A DNA stretch of 64,000 nt from Candidatus Omnitrophota bacterium. Its GTDB lineage: Bacteria; Omnitrophota; Gorgyraeia; Zapsychrales; Zapsychraceae. Under the pieces are notes generated by a model. It saw only the letters and a program-made list of their open reading frames with translations. It made no database searches and was not told the DNA's origin. This document shows, one piece after another, positions 57,823 through 64,000 of this stretch. The stretch lies in the NCBI GenBank assembly GCA_028280285.1, contig JANQMA010000032.1:17091-81090 (forward strand), given 5' to 3'. The stretch's first letter is position 1; every line of letters starts with the position of its first letter. Position numbers and translations under genes: made by a program.

Positions 57823-58836
57823 TCATACAATTAATTCTTTAATCTTCTCCAAAACCATATCCACCGATATAGCCTGCATGCATATATTATCCGGACAATC
57901 TAAAAAGTAACACGGTTCCTGATTACAACCTACATCACAGTGTAAAACAGTCACTTGCCCGATACCGCGAGGACCAGTCACTTCAGACCTTGTCGGACCG
58001 AAAAGCCCGATAACACTCGTCCCTAAACTATTAGCAATATGCAGTGGCCCGGAATCGGCGCAAACAAAAACATCCAAACGTTTAAGCAGCGCAATTAGCT
58101 GAGATAGAGATGTTTTCCCAGTTAAATTAATGCAATTGTCATGATCAATACTTTTAAGCAATTCATCAACCTCTGTTTTATCTTGTGCTGCTCCTGTCAC
58201 AACAACCTTTTTTTGTGAATCAAGCAATACCCTAATCAATTGCCTAAAATTTTCATTCGCCCAGCGTTTTAATTCCCAATTCGCTCCGATATTGATACCG
58301 ACCAATTTGTCTGTTGTAGAAACCCTGTATTTGGATAAAAACATGTCCATTTCCGTCAAGTCACTTTCATGAATAGATAAACGGGTGTTACGTTGTGAAA
58401 CGTTGATGCCATAGCCTTCAATAATATTAAGATAATCATCCGATCGATGGCTTATCTGAGCTAAAGGTGTTATGACATCGGTCAAAAATTGTTGTTTCTT
58501 TTTAATAGGACTGCCCACGCGCACCTTTATGCCAGCTATTTTTGCCATTAAGGCCTTTGTCGTCGATCCATGCAGCATAAAGGCAATATCACACTGCTCC
58601 TTATACAACTCTTCAATAACACTTAATTTAGACCACCACCACTTATGCTTTCCTTTTTCATCATATTCAACAATTTTATCGATTGCATCAATACACTCAA
58701 GCACACTTCTGACACGCGGATCAGCCATACATACAATAAAACTATCTGGGTATACCTCCTTCAGCGCATAAAAAACAGGTGATGAAAAAACAACATCGCC
58801 TAGCCAGTTAACATTAACAACTAAAATACGTTTCAT
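57823..58836 (-). CDS. glycosyltransferase family 9 (heptosyltransferase)
   Basis: 337 aa; LGDVVFSSPVFYAL, DSGPLHIANSLG motifs. Confidence 0.8.
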   Translation of the reverse strand: MKRILVVNVNWLGDVVFSSPVFYALKEVYPDSFIVCMADPRVRSVLECIDAIDKIVEYDEKGKHKWWWSKLSVIEELYKEQCDIAFMLHGSTTKALMAKIAGIKVRVGSPIKKKQQFLTDVITPLAQISHRSDDYLNIIEGYGINVSQRNTRLSIHESDLTEMDMFLSKYRVSTTDKLVGINIGANWELKRWANENFRQLIRVLLDSQKKVVVTGAAQDKTEVDELLKSIDHDNCINLTGKTSLSQLIALLKRLDVFVCADSGPLHIANSLGTSVIGLFGPTRSEVTGPRGIGQVTVLHCDVGCNQEPCYFLDCPDNICMQAISVDMVLEKIKELIV

Positions 58837-58838
58837 AA

Positions 58839-59948
58839 TTACGATAAAATCTTTCGCTTAATAAGCCTTTCATACATTGTGATAGTTTTTGACACCATAG
58901 CCTCTGCTGAAAACCTCTCTGCGATATGTTCGTGCGCGTTTTTAACCACTGTATCGCGCAAAGTACTATCCTCAAGTATGCGTAAAATATTTTGCGCAAA
59001 ACCTTCCACATCTTCGCTCTCAACCAAAAGCCCTGTCTTTTCATGTTCAATCAAACTCGGTATACCGCCGACCCGTGAAGCCACAACCGGACAAAAAGAC
59101 GCCTGCGCTTCTATAATCGACAGACCAAGCCCTTCTTGCCTGGATGGCATAACCGCCACATCAAAAAGATGAAGAAAGTTACGTGTTTCATTGACTGTCG
59201 GGGCAAACTCAACATAACCGGATAAACCAAGAGTCTCGACCATCATCTTAAATTCTTCTTCCATCTTTCCTTGCCCCACCAAAAAACATTTAACGTCTTT
59301 TCTTGTTTGAATAATCCTTTCCATCGCACGGATTAAAACATCCTGCCCCTTAATATCTGATAAACGCGCCACCAAGCCTATTATTTTTTCATCTTTTAAA
59401 CCAAACCTTTGCCGCAACTTACCTACTTTGTATTCATCCTTGGCCGCAAAATGATCGATATCAACGCCATTTTCAATCAATTTGATTTGATCAAGCTTAA
59501 CCTTAAAATCATTTTGAAGGTGCTCTAAAACCTGTTGACTGATCGCAGCAACTTCTTCGCCCCAACAGGGAAAAAGAATTCGTCCCAAACGCCGTTTAAA
59601 ATACCCATGACAGGTCGAGACAAATGTACAATGAGTCAGAGATAATAATATTTGTCCTATCACCTGTGTGATGCGTGTATTGGCATGAACGACATCAATA
59701 TCATTGTCTCTTACATATTTAATTAGACGCACAGCGGCAATATAAACTTTCAGGCTTAATTCTGATTTTGTCTTCAAATTAAGCGTTAAAAGCTGCACCC
59801 CTTCCCGGATAAAAAAATCTTCCATATCCCCACCACAACTCGCTATAAAAACATTATGACCGTTCTTGCGCATACCCCTGGCTTGGGTCAACAAATAGCT
59901 TGTGATCCCTCCGGCATTTAAATGATTGCTTAAATAGAGAATATTCAT
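58839..59948 (-). CDS. glycosyltransferase family 4 (GT-B, group 1)
   Basis: 369 aa; EGLGLSIIEAQASFCPVVASRVGG (E-x7-E region). Confidence 0.8.
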   Translation of the reverse strand: MNILYLSNHLNAGGITSYLLTQARGMRKNGHNVFIASCGGDMEDFFIREGVQLLTLNLKTKSELSLKVYIAAVRLIKYVRDNDIDVVHANTRITQVIGQILLSLTHCTFVSTCHGYFKRRLGRILFPCWGEEVAAISQQVLEHLQNDFKVKLDQIKLIENGVDIDHFAAKDEYKVGKLRQRFGLKDEKIIGLVARLSDIKGQDVLIRAMERIIQTRKDVKCFLVGQGKMEEEFKMMVETLGLSGYVEFAPTVNETRNFLHLFDVAVMPSRQEGLGLSIIEAQASFCPVVASRVGGIPSLIEHEKTGLLVESEDVEGFAQNILRILEDSTLRDTVVKNAHEHIAERFSAEAMVSKTITMYERLIKRKILS

Positions 59949-62038
59949 GATTTCGCCTCAAGAAATTCCATCGTTTTATCAAACACCTCTTGCGGTTTGA
60001 TTTCGGTCATACATACATGTGTCATAATTTTACATTGTGTGCTATAGCACGGTGCACACTCTAAATCTCTTTCAAAAATATAAAATCGTTTGGCCGGTGG
60101 GATATGCCTTTTGGCATCGGTCGGACCAAAAAAGGCAATAAACGGCGTATCAACAGCCGCTGCAATATGCATGGGGGATGAATCCGGCGTAATAAAAACC
60201 TTACACCTTTTGATTAAAACCGCCAACTCCATAATATCGGTTTTACCCGCCAAAATGGCTGGACGCGCTTGTGTCATATCAAGCAGCTTTTTAGCAAGCG
60301 CCCTATCTTTGTCCATCCCCGTGATCACGACACGCACGTTTTTAGCCGCTAGCATATCGCATAGTTTAGCGATGTGTTCAATCGGCCAATTTTTGCTCAA
60401 CCATTTTTCTGATGCGGCTAAATTAATACCGACAATATTTTTCGCATTGGCCAGCCACTCAGCGTCAAGCAGGGCCTTAACATTTTTCCTATCGGCCGCA
60501 GATGGCCATAACTCCAAATAATCATTTTCCTTAAATTCTATCCCTAGCATTTGAAGGACTTCAAACTGATGGGGAACAGCAGCAATATCATTACGTGGAT
60601 TTTTAACCGTATGGGATAACAAAAAGCCCCACTTACCGTTATTATACCCATAACTTTCCTTCGGAAACGATAAAAAGGTAAGCAGATGACTACGTTTATT
60701 GTTTTGAAAATCAATGACCTTATCTAACTTTAACTCGCGTAATTTTTTCGCCATCTTAAGGAGCTTGAACCAATGGTCATCTTTTGTATCATAAATGATT
60801 AAATCATCGATATAGGGACAGCTTAATAAAATTTTACGGGAAGGCGCCCCAACCAAGCAGTGAATTTTAGCTTTAGGAAATTTTTTACGAATGGCCTTTA
60901 AAGAAGCTGTAACGAGGATAACATCCCCGATCGAACCAATTTTAATCACAAGTATATTCATCATACTTAAGAGTTCTTCATAAACCGCAAGCGTTTGTGA
61001 AGCCATATGCTCAAGGGTATATTGTTCTTTAATTTTTTCCTTGGCCGCCGCAACAAAACTCTGCGCAAGCTCAGGACTGCGGATAAGACGTATAACCGCA
61101 TTGGCCATCGCGTCGGTATCTTTAGGCGGAACTAAAAGACCGGTTTTCTCATCATCAATAATATCGATCACGCCACCGATCTTGGTCGCAATAACCGGAA
61201 CACCCACCGCCTGAGCCTCAACAACCACACGACCGAAAGATTCTGGCTCAATGGATGACATAACAAGCATATCTGTTTCTGCCAAAATCTCAGGAATGTC
61301 TCTTCTGTTTCCTAAAAAGTGGACATTACCGTCAACCCCTAGCCTGCGTGTTAAAGACATCAATTCATCTTTATAAAATTGCTTGCGCGGCGGGGCTTCC
61401 CCGATAATCTGCACAATAACGTGCGGATAACTGCGTATAACCTTGGCCATCGATTCAATAAAATACTTATGCCCCTTTAAGGGTGTAATGCGCCCGATCA
61501 TGGAAATGACAATATTAGACCCGACATTCTTTTTCTTTTCTATATTAAAGCGCTTTAAATCGACACTGCGCGGAATGCATCTTATCGCTTCAGGTAACAC
61601 ACCAAAATCATCAATCATATGCCGGCCGATCACTTCACTTGGAACAATGACTAATTTCGATTTACCCATCACTTTACTGTAAAACACATTTTTATAATAA
61701 CCATGACAAGTAGTGATAAACGAAGCTGTTGTTTTACGGCACGCAAAGTAAGCAATCCATCCGGGAATACGCGAACGGGCATGAACAATATCAATCTTTT
61801 CATCGACAATAATCGCACGGACATGCTTGATCATGGCGATGACCGAAAAAAGTGATTTTTTATGAACCGGAAGCGCATAGTGCTTACTTCCCGTCTCTTC
61901 AATCACAGAGACTAACTTCCCGCCGTTAGATACCACAACTGATTTATGCCCATGCTCAACTAAATATTTGGCAAAATCCACCGTCCCGGTTTCGACTCCC
62001 CCCACATTAAGCTCAGGCAATATCTGCAAAATATTCAC
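59945..62038 (-). CDS. bifunctional fusion: N-terminal GT4 glycosyltransferase (about 350 aa) plus C-terminal GT9 heptosyltransferase (about 345 aa)
   Basis: single 697-aa ORF; GT4 E-x7-E region (ESFGRVVVEAQAVGVPVIAT) then MMNILVIKIGSIGDVILVTA...DSSPMHIAAA GT9 motifs. Confidence 0.75.
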   Translation of the reverse strand: MNILQILPELNVGGVETGTVDFAKYLVEHGHKSVVVSNGGKLVSVIEETGSKHYALPVHKKSLFSVIAMIKHVRAIIVDEKIDIVHARSRIPGWIAYFACRKTTASFITTCHGYYKNVFYSKVMGKSKLVIVPSEVIGRHMIDDFGVLPEAIRCIPRSVDLKRFNIEKKKNVGSNIVISMIGRITPLKGHKYFIESMAKVIRSYPHVIVQIIGEAPPRKQFYKDELMSLTRRLGVDGNVHFLGNRRDIPEILAETDMLVMSSIEPESFGRVVVEAQAVGVPVIATKIGGVIDIIDDEKTGLLVPPKDTDAMANAVIRLIRSPELAQSFVAAAKEKIKEQYTLEHMASQTLAVYEELLSMMNILVIKIGSIGDVILVTASLKAIRKKFPKAKIHCLVGAPSRKILLSCPYIDDLIIYDTKDDHWFKLLKMAKKLRELKLDKVIDFQNNKRSHLLTFLSFPKESYGYNNGKWGFLLSHTVKNPRNDIAAVPHQFEVLQMLGIEFKENDYLELWPSAADRKNVKALLDAEWLANAKNIVGINLAASEKWLSKNWPIEHIAKLCDMLAAKNVRVVITGMDKDRALAKKLLDMTQARPAILAGKTDIMELAVLIKRCKVFITPDSSPMHIAAAVDTPFIAFFGPTDAKRHIPPAKRFYIFERDLECAPCYSTQCKIMTHVCMTEIKPQEVFDKTMEFLEAKS

Positions 62039-62041
62039 GAT

Positions 62042-63997
62042 TTATATAACCTCACATAATTCTTCATAAATAATGGCATTATCTTGCAAAGCACGTGTCA
62101 CCATTTTCTTTTTCCCCACATCATAAATTTGTTGACCCAAGTTTTTGACATCAACCGAGATGATATACCCTTCCTGGCTTAGCTTTTTAATAAAACGCAT
62201 ATGTTTACCGTTGCGACGGCGCGTTTCGGGCGTAAAAACAATTGTCCTTTTTTTCGATGAGACCGCTTCTGAAATCATGGAAAGGCTGTCACCTGAAACA
62301 ATCAAAAGGTCACTTAACCCCATAATACCCCCGATGGCAAAGTCAATATCTTCCTGATTCGGCATGATAAGCAGCGGGCAATGGTCGTGTTGTTTAAAAA
62401 CGCTTCTGATTATTTGATCTATTTTTTTAGGTGTCCGGCGTGATGTCGTTATAAGCAAATCCGCATTAAGGTTTTCTGCAATTTCACCGAGCTGACGGGT
62501 TAGCATACCGATTTTTTTTTCCGACAACCATACACCTTTGGCTCCTCCACCAATCAAAACACCGATCTTCATACGCATACGTTTTTTAAGATGAGAAAAC
62601 CGTTTTAAAAGCAACTCCTGTTGCTCATCGAGATGTGTTTCATCGACTAAATTAGGCACAGCATAGGTGATCGCAAAACGACACCGATAATAATTGATTT
62701 TTGGTTTATCATGCTGGGGCAAAACAACCAGATCAAATCTATTATATCCAAGTAAACCCGGTTTAAGATTGACAATGCTCTTAGCATTATGATCTTTCGC
62801 AATAAGAAAATTAAGAGCTGCAATCGAAGAACCGCACGAAATGATATAATCAGCAGTTATTGTTAAAACCTTCTGTGCACATCTATCTGTCAAAAATTGT
62901 CTTAAAAAATCAATTCTCCCCCGCATAAATAAAGGCATATATAAAACACCTAACACAGCAAGAATTTTAGACGAAAGGTTACTTTTATATGAAACAGGCA
63001 CAATAGATACTTCCGCCTGTATATCCCTTTTCTCGGCCAAAACCTTTTGCAGGACAGATGCCACGGCCTCGGATTGCCGTTGATGCCCCATCTTGCCATC
63101 ACTTAAAACACATATTCTCGCCTGTTTAGAAAATTTCCAGATCTTATACACCCACATATATTCATCTGGTTTTTCAATAATAGCCTCTTCCATCATGTCA
63201 ACAATCTGCTTAAGGCTTGCCGTGATACTGGCATCAAGGTCGCCCGCCTGCGGAACTTCTATTGGCTTAGAAAAGGTCATACAATGTCTGCCATCCCCTG
63301 TTCGCTTAATAGAGGCAAAGACAATCGAGGCATCGTATTTATGGGCAAGCCGGATAACACCACTATTCATCGTTGCACTACGCCCAAAAAAATCAACCGG
63401 CTCTCCCTTACGGCCACCTTGATCAATCACCATTCCGACAACACCATTCTTTTTCAGTGTCGCCACAATATCCCGTACGGCAGAGCCATGATTTAAGACC
63501 ACCGTTCCACCACAAGTCCGGTAAGAGTTAAGCAGTTTATCTAACTTCGAATATTTACGCTGGACATTTGCAAACAAGGTATAAGGAAAATCGAGCATAG
63601 CGCAAACGACATTGGCCATTTCCCAACTCCCAGCATGCATCCCAACAAGGATAACCCCTTTGCCGCGTTTGCGCGCCTGATCGATATATTCCTTCCCCTC
63701 AATATTGACAACATCTTGAAAATTATCCGGACTTAATAGGGGCAGACGAAACATATCAACAATGCTCATACCGAAATTGGCGTACATATTTTTCGCAATT
63801 CTTTTCAATTCTTTAAGCGATTTAACACCGGCAAAAGCAGCCTTTAAATTGGCATAGGTCTGCGCACGGTTTTTAAAATCAATCGTATAATAACACCTGC
63901 CGATACACCGTCCCATCCAAAGCGCAACACCGAGTGGGAGAGTACGCACGACTGCGCCGAAAATAAGCGCACTAAAATATATGATCGAGTCTTTCAT
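62042..63997 (-). CDS. bifunctional fusion: N-terminal lipid A late acyltransferase (LpxL/HtrB family) plus C-terminal ELM1/DUF1022-like domain
   Basis: 651 aa; N-terminal TM plus acyltransferase region (HAGSWE-type), C-terminal ...VLSDGKMGHQRQSEAV... ELM1-like region. Confidence 0.65.
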   Translation of the reverse strand: MKDSIIYFSALIFGAVVRTLPLGVALWMGRCIGRCYYTIDFKNRAQTYANLKAAFAGVKSLKELKRIAKNMYANFGMSIVDMFRLPLLSPDNFQDVVNIEGKEYIDQARKRGKGVILVGMHAGSWEMANVVCAMLDFPYTLFANVQRKYSKLDKLLNSYRTCGGTVVLNHGSAVRDIVATLKKNGVVGMVIDQGGRKGEPVDFFGRSATMNSGVIRLAHKYDASIVFASIKRTGDGRHCMTFSKPIEVPQAGDLDASITASLKQIVDMMEEAIIEKPDEYMWVYKIWKFSKQARICVLSDGKMGHQRQSEAVASVLQKVLAEKRDIQAEVSIVPVSYKSNLSSKILAVLGVLYMPLFMRGRIDFLRQFLTDRCAQKVLTITADYIISCGSSIAALNFLIAKDHNAKSIVNLKPGLLGYNRFDLVVLPQHDKPKINYYRCRFAITYAVPNLVDETHLDEQQELLLKRFSHLKKRMRMKIGVLIGGGAKGVWLSEKKIGMLTRQLGEIAENLNADLLITTSRRTPKKIDQIIRSVFKQHDHCPLLIMPNQEDIDFAIGGIMGLSDLLIVSGDSLSMISEAVSSKKRTIVFTPETRRRNGKHMRFIKKLSQEGYIISVDVKNLGQQIYDVGKKKMVTRALQDNAIIYEELCEVI

Positions 63998-64000
63998 TAA

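Noticed and set aside
1-64000. CRISPR array
   Set aside because: The repeated palindromic elements are dispersed one per intergenic gap. They are not regularly spaced identical direct repeats with unique spacers, and no cas genes are present.

Overview
The 64-kb window holds about 67 protein-coding genes, and every one of them is on the minus strand. The GC content is in the mid-40s and reading frames are tightly packed or overlapping. No rRNA or tRNA gene, CRISPR array, transposase or integrase was found. Most genes are housekeeping genes of a Gram-negative (diderm) bacterium. In minus-strand transcription order (descending coordinates) they run as follows. First comes an LPS-core cluster: an LpxL-ELM1 fusion, a GT4-GT9 fusion, a GT4, three GT9 heptosyltransferases, the RfaE kinase domain, kdsB-kdsA-kdsD-kdsC and lptA-like-lptB. 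Next are tig-clpP, serC-like-serA, purA, uppS-cdsA-dxr-rseP, an orphan cpaF-like ATPase, and proS-rimP-nusA-infB. They are followed by scpA, ruvB, DUF2905, spoIID, queA-tgt, an anomalous low-GC ORF, trmD-rplS-rnhB-yraN and fchA-like-folD. The last third holds an FAD-dependent oxidoreductase, a TPR protein, polA-glgA-coaE-rho, an SDR, a secreted acidic-repeat protein, an MMPL transporter, a membrane protein, a MazG-like protein, rpmE, prfA-prmC-murA and a partial trp operon (trpG-D-C-F). It ends with a 300-bp GC-rich ORF-poor tail, a YkgJ-like protein, a zinc-ribbon protein, an M20 peptidase and a partial membrane hydrolase. The most unusual feature is in the non-coding DNA. Essentially every intergenic gap of 70 bp or more contains a long imperfect palindrome built from a reiterated short word. 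At least three of these form multi-copy families (GTTG/CAAC words, 4 copies; AGGTTTTAGGTGTT...CACCTAACACC, 3 copies; GTCGTTGGTCATT...AATGACTAATGACC, 2 copies at 96% identity). They look like a dense population of MITE/REP-like elements. Other points of interest are an orphan low-GC ORF in the slot where rimM normally sits, a candidate plus-strand small RNA (consensus promoter plus terminator), a GC-rich possible ncRNA/3'UTR downstream of trpF, and two domain fusions in the LPS cluster. I could not recognise any canonical defence system or mobile element from the sequence alone.
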